Positions 37,810 through 49,220 of a DNA stretch of 64,000 nucleotides are shown in pieces (positions within the stretch are counted from its first letter, which is position 1; every line of letters begins with the position of its first letter). The stretch covers positions 32,001 to 96,000 of the forward strand of contig CAWHCF010000010.1 of the NCBI GenBank assembly GCA_963827655.1. The letters are read 5' to 3'. The DNA is from an uncultured Acidobacteriota bacterium (GTDB lineage: Bacteria; Acidobacteriota; UBA6911). The notes under the pieces are model-generated. The model was not told where the DNA came from, did not search any database, and was given only the letters and a program-made list of their open reading frames with translations. Both the position numbers and the translations under genes were made by a program.

Positions 37810-40800
37810 ATGCGGCGCTGGCTTGCCTTGTCTCTGTTAGCCTTTGGTGTGTCTTCGTCACCTGGTCCTGGCCCAGATCGGTACCGCGACGCTCACCGGA
37901 CGCGTAACCGATCCCTCGGGCGCCGTGGTCCCTGGAGTCTCGATCACGGTGGTTCAAACCGGGACGAACTTCGAGTTCACCGCCCTCACAAATGCCGAGG
38001 GCATTTACCGAGTTCAATCGCTCCAACCGGGCACCTACCGGATATCTTTCGAGATGTCTGGATTCAAACGTGTAGTAAGGGACACGGTCGAGCTGCGCGT
38101 GGGCGATACCGTCCCGGTTGACGCCGTTCTCCAGATCGGGGCAGCGAGCGACTCGATCGAGATCACCGCGCATACCCAGATGCTCGAGACCGAAACCTCG
38201 GCCACCGGAACGGTTCAGGCGGGCGAGTTCCTGTACAAGATGCCGCTGTATCAGCGTTACGTCAACTCGACTCTGCATCTCGTGCCAGGCATGCAGGCCG
38301 GCGGTTACGCTTACGGCGGCGACCTGGGCGCGTACCACGTGGCCGGACAGCGCAGCGGCGCGATCGGAGTGGTCGAAGACGGAGCGCCAGGGAACGACCC
38401 CGGCGCCGGCACCGCGACCGTCAAGCCGCTTCAGAATGCGGTCGCGGAGGTCAAGGTTCTGACCACGACGCTCCCCGCCGAGTACGGCCACTCAGCCGGC
38501 GGTGTCATCAATGTCGTCAAGAAGACGGGCACGAATGAGCTCCACGGTATGGCCTCCGCTTACGGCCGGACGCGCAGCATGCAGCACCGGCTGTTCTTTG
38601 ACAGGGACCGAACCTCGGCGCCGACGCCGACGGCCCCCGATGGGTTGCCCGGTTTCTTCATGCTGCCCGACGCCAACCTGGGCGGACCGGTCGTCATCCC
38701 GAAACTGTACAACGGGCGCAACAAGACTTTCTTCTTCGTCGGATACCAGCGGCTGATCGAGAAGAAGATCGCACAGGCATTCGGCGCCGTTCCGACGCCC
38801 GACATGTTCGCCGGCGACTTCTCGTTCGGCGGTCTCGGTAATCCGGTCTACGACCCGGCGACGACGCGGCAGCTTGCGGACGGCACGTGGACGCGCGATC
38901 TGTTCCCGGGCAACCGCATCCCTCAAAGCCGGTACGACCCGGTCGCCCGGAAGATGCTCGAGATCAATCCCTGGCGCGCGCCCAACTATGCGGGCACGTT
39001 CAACGCGAACGGTCCCGTAGGCAACCTGCTCTACGACGAGTTAGCGCGGGTCTTTTTCGATGACTGGAACGCGCGGGTCGACCACCAGTTCACACCCCAG
39101 CTGCGCCTCTTCTGGAGCTTCACCGGGAACTGGCAGAGCGGCTACGGGCGGCCCACGAACATCCACCTCACCGACTTTGACGCGACTAACGGCAACTACA
39201 CGCCCAACAATGTCGCCAACCACTCGCTCGGGGTGACCTGGGTAGCAAACCCCACGCTGGTGAACGACATCCGGGTCGGGTACTTCCGGCGGCGTAACGA
39301 TCGCCTGGTTCCGTCCTATCAAAAGAACTACGCGCAGCAGCTCGGCATCCCGAACGTCTCGGGGGAGCTTCTGCCGGCGTTTGGAACCGGAGACCAGTTC
39401 AGCCCCGAATCGATCTACGGCTTGACCACGAGCGGCCCTCAGCAGCGGATCGGTGAGACCGTTTCGTTCCGCGACGATATCACCAAGATGCGGGGCAAGC
39501 ATGCATTCAAGATGGGTTACGAAGTGCTCAACCACCGGCTTAACATGACCGTGACCAACCGGCCCAGCGGCGATTTCCGCTTCGATGGCATGACCGCAGG
39601 GCTGCAGCCGGACGGCAACGCGCTGCCGCGGACCGGCAATACCTTTGCGGGCTTCCTCCTCGGGCACGTGCGCCAGGTGACCTTCGACCAGGAACTCACC
39701 AGCTGGCTCCCCCGATCCTGGAGCCACAGCTTCTACTTCCAGGATGACTGGAAGGCCTCGTCGACCCTGACCCTGAACCTGGGGGTCCGGTACATGGCCG
39801 AGAGTCCGTACAGCACGAAAAACGGACGCATGACTAACTTCGACCCGGCGGCGATCGACCCGCTGACAGGGTTGCGCGGCGCGCTGATTCACCCGGACTC
39901 GGATCTCAATGAGCGCGACCTGAATAACTTCCAGCCTCGCATAGGCGCCGCCTGGCATCCATTCGACAAATGGGTGTTCCGCGGCGGGTTCGCCTTCACC
40001 ACGGTCGACGTGAAATTCCCGCAGGACCGCATCCAGTTCGAGGAGTACGTCGCGGTGGCGAACCAGCAGCGCGCTCCCGGCGACCCGCGGCCGCTCTACG
40101 TGATCAGCCGGGGTCCCGATCCGGTCACCTACAACATCCTGCCCGACGGGACCGCACCCTTTGTAGGAACCAACTACTCGGCGCGCAACTCGGAATGGTG
40201 GGATCCGAACCTGCACAATCCTTACGTCATGAACTGGCACGGCAGCGTCCAGTACGAGGTCCAGCCCAACTACGTCCTCGAGTTTTCATACCAGGGCTCG
40301 TCCGGGATCGGTCTGGTCGAGCGCTGGCAGGCCAACACCTTCCCGATTGATTTCGGCGCCGACAATCCTGCCCTGCGAGCCGAGGTCTTCCGGACGCCTC
40401 AGAATTACCGGCCTTACTCCCATTTCGGCAACGTGATGCAACGGAGCAATTTCGGGCATTCGACCTTCCACTCCGGGACCGTGAAACTCGAGAAGCGCTT
40501 CTCGCGCGGCCTCAGCTTCACGACTTTTTATACCTTCTCGAAGGCGATCGACAGCCAGGACACCGACAACTCGGGCGCCGGGCGCGCGTCGCTCTACAAC
40601 ATGGCGATCGAAAAAGGGCGGGCCGGATTCGATCGGAACCACCGCTGGGTGGGCGCGGCCCTCTACGAGCTGCCCATGGGCAGTGGAAAGCGCTTCTTCA
40701 ACCAGGGCGGGTTTATGAACCATCTGCTCGGGGGATTCGAGCTGGCGTGGATCCAGACCTACGAGACCGGGAACCCGCTGACGTTCGGCTTCGCCGGCAG

Positions 40801-41236
40801 CCCGTCGAACTACTATCCGACGTTTGCCGGTGACCGGCGCCCCGACGTCCTGAGCTGGCCACAGCTGCGGGATGACTGGTACGACCTCGGACCGGACCGC
40901 TTCAACCAGCAGAACAGCAACCCGGTCGTCCTGATCGACCACTTCGGCTACCCGGCGGCCTTCACCCCCGGCAATGCGGGGCGAAACATCATGACCGGGA
41001 CTCCGCTGCGCTGGACTCAGTTATCGGTGCAGAAGAACGTCTACATGGGAGAGCGCTGGAAGATGCAGATCCGGTGGGATTTCCAGAACGCGTTCAAGAC
41101 TTACAACTTCAACACCCCGACCACGACCGTCGATCTTCAGAACCCGCGCACCTTCGGGAAGGTTACGTCCGACCCGCGGACCGCGAGCTTCGGAGGTCAG
41201 CCGTTGATGAACCTGACTCTGCAGCTGAGTTTCTGA
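37810..41236 (+). CDS. TonB-dependent receptor with carboxypeptidase-regulatory domain (Oar-like); frameshift in signal peptide
   Basis: GGAG RBS plus ATG 37810; GRVTDPSGAVVPG, AEYGHSAGG, YFQDDWK...LNLGVRY, FQPRIGAAW, terminal F. Confidence 0.93.
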
Positions 41237-41247
41237 CGGGATGCGCA

Positions 41248-41302
41248 TCTTCGCGTCTTGGCGGTGGGTGGTTTCGAAAACATCCACCGCCAAGACGCGA
41301 AG
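41248..41302. repeat. Inverted pair of the 9-bp-periodic repeat (hairpin)
   Basis: CTTCGCGTCTTGGCGGTGG...CCACCGCCAAGACGCGAAG just after the TBDR stop. Confidence 0.8.
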
Positions 41303-41413
41303 CCGCAGCCGATCTCTGCCAACTCTCTTCGCTCACGAGAAAGTTCTAGACCCCTGCGGGCCAAGCCAGCTAGCATCTTCCCGCTCCAATTCTGATGTGT
41401 TGCCAAACACTCG

Positions 41414-43420
41414 ATGCGACGAGAATACTACTCTGCCTCAATCGCCGACTTTCTGACCACCACCGCGAACGAAATTCTCGGTCAACTCGCGCGCAGTAAT
41501 CCCTTCACCCTCGAACAAACTCAACGCAACGCGTGGCTGGAAGAGATCAGAATTCTCCAGCAGGTCCTGACCAGCCGCGAAGGCCGCATCTATTTCGAGT
41601 ACGCCATCCCTCGAATGGGAAAACGCATCGACGTCGTCCTGCTCGTCGGCCCGGTAATCTTCGTTCTCGAATTCAAGATTGGCGAGAGAGACTTCACACC
41701 ATCCGCGCTCGATCAGGTATGCGATTATGCCCTCGACCTGAAAAACTTCCACGAGTCGAGCTACGACCGTTTCATCGCTCCAGTTCTCATCGCGACTGCC
41801 GCGCAGCACGTCACTCCCATTGTTTGCGCCACACCGCAGAACGACAAACTGCTTTCTCCGATTCGATGCACAGTTGCTTTACTCGGCGAAGCCATCGACG
41901 AGGTTCTAAGTTTTGCTGAAGGCGCCGCTAACATAGACCCGGAAAGCTGGGAACGCGGTCGCTACTGTCCGACACCGACAATCATCGAAGCTGCACTCGC
42001 GCTCTACAAAGGACACTCAGTCAGCGACATCTCGCGCAACGATGCGACGGCTATCAATCTGAGTCTCACGTCGGAGGCGATCGACGAAGTTATCCGTGCT
42101 TCAAAAGAGAAATCGCGTAAATCAATCTGTTTCGTCACCGGCGTTCCCGGCGCCGGGAAGACGTTGGTGGGTCTCAACACCGCGACCAAACATCACGACG
42201 AACACGATAGCCTCTACAGCGTCTTCCTCTCCGGCAATGGCCCGCTGGTGGCCATCTTGCGCGAAGCACTGGCGCGCGATCACATACAGCACGAAAAAGA
42301 TCACGGGCGAAAAACAACCAAAGGCGAAGCGCGGAGCAAGGTGAGTGCGTTTATCCAAAACGTTCACCACTTCCGCGATGAAGGTCTTATCGATTCAAGC
42401 CGTCCGCCGATTGAACACGTCGCGCTCTTCGATGAAGCGCAACGGGCCTGGAACCTGCAGCAGACGTCCAGCTTCATGCTTCGCAAGAAGAGCGTTCCCA
42501 ATTTCAATCAATCGGAGCCCGAATTTCTGATCTCCTGTCTTGATCGTCATCCAGACTGGGCCGTGATTGTTTGCCTGGTGGGCGGTGGTCAGGAGATTAA
42601 TACCGGCGAGGCAGGCATTGGCGAATGGATCAGAGCGCTGGAGCATTCGTTCCCTGATTGGCACATCTACATCTCATCCCGGCTTACTGACAGTGAGTAC
42701 AGGGCAGGGCTTGCCGGTACCGGGACCCCTGACGACCGGGTCATCCGTCACCTTCGTGTTAACCATCCCCTCGTTTTCAAGGACGAACTCCATTTGTCGG
42801 TCTCGATGCGTTCCTTCCGCGCTGAGAACGTGTCTCGCCTGGTCAAAGAACTGTTGGACCTGGAAGCTCAGAACGCAAGAAGCACTTTGGCGGAACTAAA
42901 CGCGAAGTATCCAATCGTCCTCACCCGCGATCTCGCCCAAGCCAAGCAATGGCTTAAGAGCCAAGCGCGCGGTTCTGAGCGTTACGGGATCGTCGTTTCC
43001 TCTCAAGCGGAACGGCTAAAGCCCCACGCGATCGACGTCAAGTCGCCAATGGATCCGATTCATTGGTTTCTCGACGGCAAGGAAGACGTGCGCTCGTCGT
43101 ATTACCTTGAGGACGTCGCCACTGAATTTCACGTGCAAGGCCTGGAACTCGACTGGGCCTGCGTCACCTGGGACGCCGACTTCCGTCACACTCGTGACGG
43201 TTGGCAACATTGGTCCTTCACCGGCGACCGCTGGAACCGCATCAGGAAACCCGAACGGCAGGTGTATCTCAAGAACGCCTACCGCGTCCTCCTGACCCGC
43301 GCGCGCCAGGGAATGGTTCTCGTCGTACCTCCGGGCGATTCGGGCGATCCCACGCGCAACCCTGAGTTTTATGATCCAACATTCGAGTATTTGCGCGACG
43401 TCGGCTTTAGCACTATCTGA
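41414..43420 (+). CDS. DUF2075 / Schlafen group 3-like helicase with N-terminal nuclease-like domain
   Basis: RIDVVLL...VLEFK, Walker [41 protein letters not shown]. Confidence 0.88.
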   Translation: MRREYYSASIADFLTTTANEILGQLARSNPFTLEQTQRNAWLEEIRILQQVLTSREGRIYFEYAIPRMGKRIDVVLLVGPVIFVLEFKIGERDFTPSALDQVCDYALDLKNFHESSYDRFIAPVLIATAAQHVTPIVCATPQNDKLLSPIRCTVALLGEAIDEVLSFAEGAANIDPESWERGRYCPTPTIIEAALALYKGHSVSDISRNDATAINLSLTSEAIDEVIRASKEKSRKSICFVTGVPGAGKTLVGLNTATKHHDEHDSLYSVFLSGNGPLVAILREALARDHIQHEKDHGRKTTKGEARSKVSAFIQNVHHFRDEGLIDSSRPPIEHVALFDEAQRAWNLQQTSSFMLRKKSVPNFNQSEPEFLISCLDRHPDWAVIVCLVGGGQEINTGEAGIGEWIRALEHSFPDWHIYISSRLTDSEYRAGLAGTGTPDDRVIRHLRVNHPLVFKDELHLSVSMRSFRAENVSRLVKELLDLEAQNARSTLAELNAKYPIVLTRDLAQAKQWLKSQARGSERYGIVVSSQAERLKPHAIDVKSPMDPIHWFLDGKEDVRSSYYLEDVATEFHVQGLELDWACVTWDADFRHTRDGWQHWSFTGDRWNRIRKPERQVYLKNAYRVLLTRARQGMVLVVPPGDSGDPTRNPEFYDPTFEYLRDVGFSTI

Positions 43421-43463
43421 ATCGAGAAAATCACTTTCAGGAAGGGAAGTTCATTGGGAGAGT

Positions 43464-43694
43464 CTACCTATTGGCCAATTCTCGGGCGTGAGGAATCTCG
43501 CGTCCGCCGACAGGCCGCAGCTGCGATGCCTCCAACGTCACAACCGCCGCAGTGGTCCCGTCTAGGGTGACAAACTCCACTTCGTAGGCTTGGCCATCCC
43601 TGTAGACGTGAACCACCGTGCCCACGTCACCGGCTTCGAGTGCTTCGGCAGGCACAGCCGTCTTAAGTACCACTCGTTCATGCTCCTTTATCAT
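43464..43694 (-). CDS. DUF4926 domain protein
   Basis: VVLKTAVPAEALEAGDVGTVVHVY...AYEVEF. Confidence 0.85.
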   Translation of the reverse strand: MIKEHERVVLKTAVPAEALEAGDVGTVVHVYRDGQAYEVEFVTLDGTTAAVVTLEASQLRPVGGREIPHARELANR

Positions 43695-43833
43695 AGTGCT
43701 ACTCCTTCTTCGTAGGGATAAGCCGTGACGAAGCGTGGTTTATCCCCGCCGTTATCGGGGTGCGCGGGATTCAGCAAATACTCGTGATCTTATCCCTGTC
43801 GACCAAAGCGTGATCGGCATTCGGTAGCTTCAC
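43691..43833 (-). pseudogene. DUF6883-like gene remnant (internal deletion plus frameshift)
   Basis: GGAG-GTG start; MKLPNADHALVDRDKIT/EYLLNPAHPDNGG fused directly to DKPRFVTAYP; stop overlaps the DUF4926 ATG. Confidence 0.7.
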
Positions 43834-44089
43834 TCCTCACAGTCCTCCGCGGCGCGGCTCACGCGATTGGAGGAAATCCAGTCTGGCTAACGATCGTGGG
43901 TACCGTAGGAACGTAAAGCACTACGGCTTTTGCCCGAGAAGGTGTATTGACCTATACGCCGTTCGTCGGAGGGGCGATCGTTATTCCTTGGCCGTCAAGA
44001 CGACGATCGATCCGCTCATCCGTGCGACACTACTGATAACTAATCAGCGGTAGCGCACGTTGACCTCAGTCCCGTTTTCGGCCGACAAT

Positions 44090-44225
44090 GAGCTGCTCCT
44101 GGCATGAGTAACATCGCTCGGCAAAGAGGCCGTATTCTTTTCGGAGAAATCGGCTTCTTCGTCCGATTGAGCAAAGGCCGGGCGGGTGAGGACCACCAAA
44201 CAAAAGTATGCAACAATCCATTGCG
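44090..44225 (-). pseudogene. Remnant of the N-terminus of a planctomycete-type cytochrome c protein
   Basis: Across frames: signal-like CLVVLTRPAFAQ, DFSEK..IRPLFAERCYSCQ (degenerate CxxCH). Confidence 0.45.
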
Positions 44226-44267
44226 GACAGATTATAACAGTATCGTCGGAGTCTATCCCTGCCCGAT

Positions 44268-44318
44268 TCTTCGGCGACTTCGCGTCTTCGTGGTGAATGC
44301 ACCGCAAAGACGCAAGAC
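44268..44318. repeat. Inverted pair of the 9-bp-periodic repeat
   Basis: CTTCGCGTCTTCGTGGTG-AATG-CACCGCAAAGACGCAAG. Confidence 0.7.
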
Positions 44319-44332
44319 TTGCGCTAACGACC

Positions 44333-45454
44333 ATGAGACTCGAGACCCTTGCCGTTCACGCCGGAGGAGATCCGGACGAATCAACCGGAGCCGTCGCGCC
44401 GCCAATCCAGCTCTCGACAACATACGAGCATGAACCGGACGGGAAATCCGAGCACGGCTATATCTACATTCGCGAGAGAAACCCGACCACCGCGCGTCTC
44501 GAAGATGCCTTGGCGAAAATTGAGGGAGGCGAAGCGGCGCTGGCTTTCTCGTCCGGCATGGCAGCGGGTGCAGCTTTTCTCCAGACGCTTCCACCCGGTT
44601 CACACGTGATCTTTCCTGACGACATCTACTACCACTTTCGCGTAATCGCGTCGGATTTCTTGCCACGCTGGGGATTGGAGTCAACCGTGGTCTCCATGGA
44701 CAATCCCGAGAACGTTCAGGTTGCGATTCGCAAGAACACCAGGCTTATCTGGGCCGAAAGCCCCTCCAACCCCTTGATGAAAGTTGTCGATCTTGCCGAG
44801 ATAGCCCGAATAGCCCGGGGCGCTCATGCGCTCAGCATCGTCGATAGCACATTTACCACCCCCTTGCTGCAGCGTCCCCTCGAATTGGGCATAGAGGTCG
44901 TCCTGCACTCGACGACGAAGTACTTCGGCGGACACAGCGACGTTCAGGGTGGAGCCCTGATCTTCCGGCACAGAGACGCGGTGTTCGATTCGGCGCTTCA
45001 CGCGCGCACCATCCTGGGGGCCGTATCCTCGCCGTTCAATTCCTGGCTGGTCCTGCGCGGGCTCAGGTCGCTGGCCTGCCGGATAGAACGCCATTCGGCA
45101 AATGCGCTTGCGGTGGCAAGAGCGCTTGAACGCAATGCTTCCGTGGAGGCGGTTCATTACCCAGGTCTCGAATCTCATCCCGGTCACGAAATCGCCAGGC
45201 GGCAAATGAAGGCCTACGGTGGTATGTTGTCTTTTCTCGCCCGAGGAGGTCGTGAAGAAGCATTGAGGATCGCCTCTCGCGTTCGCCTCTTTCGCAATGC
45301 CACCAGTCTCGGCGGCGTCGAGAGCCTCATCGAACACCGGGCTTCGGTCGAAGGGCCTGCCTCGAAAACACCTCCGAACCTGCTCCGCCTTTCGATAGGC
45401 CTCGAACACCCGGAAGACCTCATTGAGGATCTGACGCAGGCATTGCGTGTCTGA
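44333..45454 (+). CDS. Cys/Met metabolism PLP enzyme (cystathionine gamma-synthase/lyase family)
   Basis: FSSGMAA, ESPSNP, HSTTKYFGGHSD, SLGGVESL, LRLSIGLE. Confidence 0.92.
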   Translation: MRLETLAVHAGGDPDESTGAVAPPIQLSTTYEHEPDGKSEHGYIYIRERNPTTARLEDALAKIEGGEAALAFSSGMAAGAAFLQTLPPGSHVIFPDDIYYHFRVIASDFLPRWGLESTVVSMDNPENVQVAIRKNTRLIWAESPSNPLMKVVDLAEIARIARGAHALSIVDSTFTTPLLQRPLELGIEVVLHSTTKYFGGHSDVQGGALIFRHRDAVFDSALHARTILGAVSSPFNSWLVLRGLRSLACRIERHSANALAVARALERNASVEAVHYPGLESHPGHEIARRQMKAYGGMLSFLARGGREEALRIASRVRLFRNATSLGGVESLIEHRASVEGPASKTPPNLLRLSIGLEHPEDLIEDLTQALRV

Positions 45455-45641
45455 GAAGGTGTTTTCGATTCACCGCAAAGACACGAAGCCGCAAGCCAGC
45501 TGCTTCTCCCGCCGCTTCCGCAATGATAGTCACGTTTATACTATGAGGATCGCGCTAAGCACGTTGACCGCAACTCTAAGGCCGTGTTTCAATGTGACAT
45601 CGCCATCCGCTACCAGATTGTAATGTCGAAAGGAGCCGTCG

Positions 45642-45878
45642 ATGCGTGCTTCTCCCAAGAGTTTGACGATTCGACTACCACACGATTTGTACGAGACTGC
45701 GCGCGCCGTTGCACGACGTCGTGAGATGAGTCTGAACGCATTGGTAAGAAATGCACTGGAAGTGATGGCCAGGGATGAAGAGAAGGCAAGACTTTACGAA
45801 GCATTCGGCCTCCTGGGTGCGGACATCAAGGAGTCCGAAGTGGAATTCGCCCTGCCCGCGCAGCGTGAGGCGTTGTAG
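45642..45878 (+). CDS. Ribbon-helix-helix protein, antitoxin-like
   Basis: AGGAG RBS; LTIRLP..LY...A....MSLNALVR; acidic C-terminus. Confidence 0.75.
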   Translation: MRASPKSLTIRLPHDLYETARAVARRREMSLNALVRNALEVMARDEEKARLYEAFGLLGADIKESEVEFALPAQREAL

Positions 45879-45890
45879 GATCAATCTGAG

Positions 45891-46638
45891 ATGGAAAGCA
45901 GCGCTTCTGTTTCTGATCCAGCGATCGAATCCTGATAACCGGATTCTCGTGGGCACCTCGGGCTTTGCCTACGGGGAGTGGCGCGGAAGCTTCTATCCGG
46001 CTGAACTCCCGTCGAAGAGATTCCTTTCCTATTACGCCGGTCACTTCCGCACGACTGAGATCAATAATACCTTCTACCGGATGCCCACGCCCCAATTGAC
46101 CCAGGCATGGTATGCCGAAGTTCCGGGAGACTTCTCTTTCACGCTAAAGCTGAGCCGGAAGATCACACACTTCAAAAAACTGAAAGACGTCGGTGAAGAG
46201 ATGGATTGGTTCCTGGCCAGCGCGGCTTCTCTGAAAGAGAAACTCGGGCCGATTCTCGTGCAGCTGCCTCCTTTTTTTCGCAAGGATCTATCGGTGCTCC
46301 GGGAATTTCTGATCCAATTCGCGGCCAGAGCCAGACTGGCTCTTGAATTCCGACACGACTCATGGTTTGAGGAAGAGGTTTACCAATTACTGCGTGAGCA
46401 CAACAGCACCCTGGGTGTCGTCGAGAGGGAGGAAAAGGAAACGAGCGCGGCGGTCAAGATCGTGACCGGGGCTTTTGTTTACATGCGACTGCGCAAGGGC
46501 GATTACTCCGAGACCGAACTGCTCGATTGGGCGCGATGGATCAGGGAGCAAACCGTACCGGTCTATTGCTATCTCAAGCATGATGAACGCGCACCCGTGC
46601 TGGCAAAGCAGCTGCTCGAAGCGCTGGATCGAGTTTGA
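45891..46638 (+). CDS. DUF72 family protein (start uncertain)
   Basis: VGTSGF, FYP, EINNTFY, ITH.KKL, GPILVQLPP, EFRH.SW. Confidence 0.88.
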
Positions 46639-46673
46639 TCCACCGCGTATCATCTGTGACCTAAAAGGAGGTT

Positions 46674-47648
46674 ATGATGCCCACCATGAACCGACATTCA
46701 TCAGCAGGCCGAGGGCAATCGCCTGCGATTCCAAGCCGCCGGACGTTTCTCAAGACCGGAACCGGACTCTTGATCGCATTACCGCGTATCGAGGCCGTCT
46801 CTCGGGCCGCGCAGCAGGCGCCGACGCAGTTTCAGATTGCCTGCATGACACTGCCGTATTCGCAGTTCAGCTTCCAGCGAGCGCTTTCCGGTCTTCAATC
46901 GGCCGGTTACAAGTATGTCGCCTGGGGCACTTCTCACAGGGAAGGCGATGGCAAGCCGGTTCCCATCATGCCTCCTGATGCGCCGCCGGCCAGAGCCAAG
47001 GAACTGGCCGCCCGGTGCCGGGATCTTGGGTTGGAGCCTCTCATGATGTTCTCGGGGATATATCCCGAAGCTCCCGAAGCTCTCGAGGTGCTGACCCGCC
47101 GGATTCAACAGGCCGAAGCTGGCGGGATTCCGCAGGTTTTAACTTTTGGCCATACGCGCGGCAGCGAGCGCCAGGTGTGGGTGGAACGATTCAAGAAACT
47201 CGGACCCATCGCGCGACAATCAGGCGTGATGATCGTGGTCAAGCAGCACGGTGGAAACACCGGGACCGGCGAGGCCTGCGCCGAGATTATCCGCGAAGTC
47301 GCGGACGACGGAGTCAAGGTCAACTACGATGCCGGCAACGTCATGGATTACCTCGACGTCGATCCCATTCCCGACATCAAGAAATGCGCCGCCGAACTTC
47401 GGAGCTTCTGCATCAAGGATCACCGTAACTTCCCGCGCGATCAGGATTGCGGACCTGGTTTCGGCGAAATCGACCACTACAGGCTGCTCGAACCTGTGGC
47501 CTTTACCGGGCTGAAGATGCCGTTGTGCTGCGAGAACATTTTCGCCCCCGTGATTCCGCGACCGACGAACCCGGATGGGGTCGACGCGCTGGCCCGGCGC
47601 GCGCGCGAGTTTCTGGAAGTGGTAATCAACGGACTCCAGACCAAGTGA
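46674..47648 (+). CDS. Tat-exported sugar phosphate isomerase/epimerase (TIM barrel)
   Basis: AGGAGG RBS; SRRTFLK Tat motif; NYDAGN, CIKD, PGFGEID. Confidence 0.8.
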   Translation: MMPTMNRHSSAGRGQSPAIPSRRTFLKTGTGLLIALPRIEAVSRAAQQAPTQFQIACMTLPYSQFSFQRALSGLQSAGYKYVAWGTSHREGDGKPVPIMPPDAPPARAKELAARCRDLGLEPLMMFSGIYPEAPEALEVLTRRIQQAEAGGIPQVLTFGHTRGSERQVWVERFKKLGPIARQSGVMIVVKQHGGNTGTGEACAEIIREVADDGVKVNYDAGNVMDYLDVDPIPDIKKCAAELRSFCIKDHRNFPRDQDCGPGFGEIDHYRLLEPVAFTGLKMPLCCENIFAPVIPRPTNPDGVDALARRAREFLEVVINGLQTK

Positions 47649-47664
47649 AGTTCCTTTTTATTCC

Positions 47665-48345
47665 TCAGCGTCTTCGCGCCCTGGTGGTTGTTACGGGTCC
47701 GCCGCGCTTTCTGCGAATGCGGTAGGTGCACGCCCCGTCGCCTTGCAGGATGTGAGACTCGCGCGTGACGTTGGCCCCGGGCAGCACCCTTTGGAAAAGG
47801 GCCAGCTCATAGCTGCAGGCCTGGATGCATTGCTGCGCAATCTGGCAAATGGCACAGTTGTTCTCACGCAGCAGGAATGTGTCCTGGTTCACCTTCTCCC
47901 ATTCGGCCATGTAGCCTTCCTCGGTCCGGATCTGGGCCAGCTCCTGCACCTGGCGTTCGAGATCTTTGCCGGCCATTCGTTTCTCGTACTGCTGTCGCAC
48001 CAGATCGGTTCGTTTGGCAAAGATGCGCTCGATTCCTTCCTCCCCGTCCAGCAGTTTGACGGTTTCAAGCACGCTGCCGGCGAATTGAGGATAGGTCCGG
48101 GGAAAGAGCTCGTCTCCCAGCCCGGTCAGCATATAGACATAGCCCGGCCTTCCCAGCCCTCTCGGTTCGACCCGGTATTGAATCAGTCCGTCCCGCTCGA
48201 GTGCGTTGAGCTGCTGGCGCACACCCATCGAGGTGATGCCCAGGGTCCGGCTCAAAACCTGGACCGTCTGAGGTCCTTTTTTCTTCAGCAAGTCCAGGAT
48301 CTTGCGGCGGGTATCCTGAAGCAGCAGTTTCGGTACGGTTTGCAT
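47665..48345 (-). CDS. HTH transcriptional regulator, SufR-like, with Cys-rich C-terminus
   Basis: TRRKILDLLK...GVRQQLNALE...GRP wHTH; NNCAIC...C..AC..E...HILQGDGACTY. Confidence 0.85.
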   Translation of the reverse strand: MQTVPKLLLQDTRRKILDLLKKKGPQTVQVLSRTLGITSMGVRQQLNALERDGLIQYRVEPRGLGRPGYVYMLTGLGDELFPRTYPQFAGSVLETVKLLDGEEGIERIFAKRTDLVRQQYEKRMAGKDLERQVQELAQIRTEEGYMAEWEKVNQDTFLLRENNCAICQIAQQCIQACSYELALFQRVLPGANVTRESHILQGDGACTYRIRRKRGGPVTTTRARRR

Positions 48346-48412
48346 GACATCACCTCGGGGAACGAGATCGTTCGGTTTTCGCGACCCATGGAGTATAGGC
48401 CTCCGGTCCGAG

Positions 48413-48475
48413 TTTATCAATTTTACAAACTAAATAATTTACAAATTATCATAATGAGTCTATATTTTGATTCAT
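48413..48475. promoter_or_regulatory. AT-rich divergent promoter with palindromic operator candidate
   Basis: Perfect dyad ATAATTT-AC-AAATTAT (48434-48449); repeated TTTACAAA. Confidence 0.5.
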
Positions 48476-48490
48476 GGGTGGAGGAAAGCC

Positions 48491-49219
48491 ATGGAGCGTT
48501 TGCAAGGCAAGTACATTCTGATTACGGGCGCGTCGCAGGGACTGGGCCGGGCGCTGGCGCTCGATTTTGCGCGCCAGCAGGCGGCTGGAATTTCTATGGT
48601 AGCGCGCAACGCCGCAAAATTAGAAGAGACGGCCCGGCAGGTTCGGGGAATCTCACCGATCACGGAGATCCTGACGATTGTTGCGGACTTGAGCCAGGCG
48701 CAGGACATCGAGCGAGTGACGGGACTGACCTTGTCGGCATTCCAGGGCAGGCTGGATGTGCTGGTCAACAATGCTTCGATCCTTGGTCCCGCCCCGATGC
48801 CGATGCTGATCGACTATCCTCTGAAAGCATTTCGCGAAGTCCTGGAAACCAACCTGATCGCGCCCTATCTGCTGATTCAGAAAATTCTGCCGGCCATGAT
48901 GGAGCGAGGCGGATCGATTATCAATGTGACGAGCGACGCCGGATCCACAGGCTATCCGGGCTGGGGCGCGTATGGCATCTCGAAGTTTGGCCTGGAGGGA
49001 ATGTCGCAGACCTGGGCGGCCGAGCTGGAAGGGACGGGAATTCGTGTGAACTGGGTGGATCCGGGGAATATGAATACTCCGATGCACCGAGCGGCGGAGC
49101 CGGACGAAGACCCGTCGAGCTGGGCGGATCCAGCTGAAGTGACGGAAGTGTTCATCTATCTCGCATCGGAAGAATCGCGCAACGTGAGCGGGAAACGTTT
49201 TCAAGCGCAGGAGAGCTGA
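48491..49219 (+). CDS. SDR family oxidoreductase
   Basis: TGASQGLG, NNAS, YGISK, VDPG. Confidence 0.93.
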   Translation: MERLQGKYILITGASQGLGRALALDFARQQAAGISMVARNAAKLEETARQVRGISPITEILTIVADLSQAQDIERVTGLTLSAFQGRLDVLVNNASILGPAPMPMLIDYPLKAFREVLETNLIAPYLLIQKILPAMMERGGSIINVTSDAGSTGYPGWGAYGISKFGLEGMSQTWAAELEGTGIRVNWVDPGNMNTPMHRAAEPDEDPSSWADPAEVTEVFIYLASEESRNVSGKRFQAQES

Positions 49220-49220
49220 G

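Noticed and set aside
37720-37810. Riboswitch upstream of the TonB-dependent receptor
   Set aside because: Some pairing potential, but I could not recognise cobalamin, TPP or other consensus motifs; an Rfam scan would settle it.
45575-45595. CTAAGGCCGTGTTTCAA as a solo IS5-like end (similarly CTAACAGGGTGTGCGAAAA near 17434)
   Set aside because: No matching partner end or transposase in the window.
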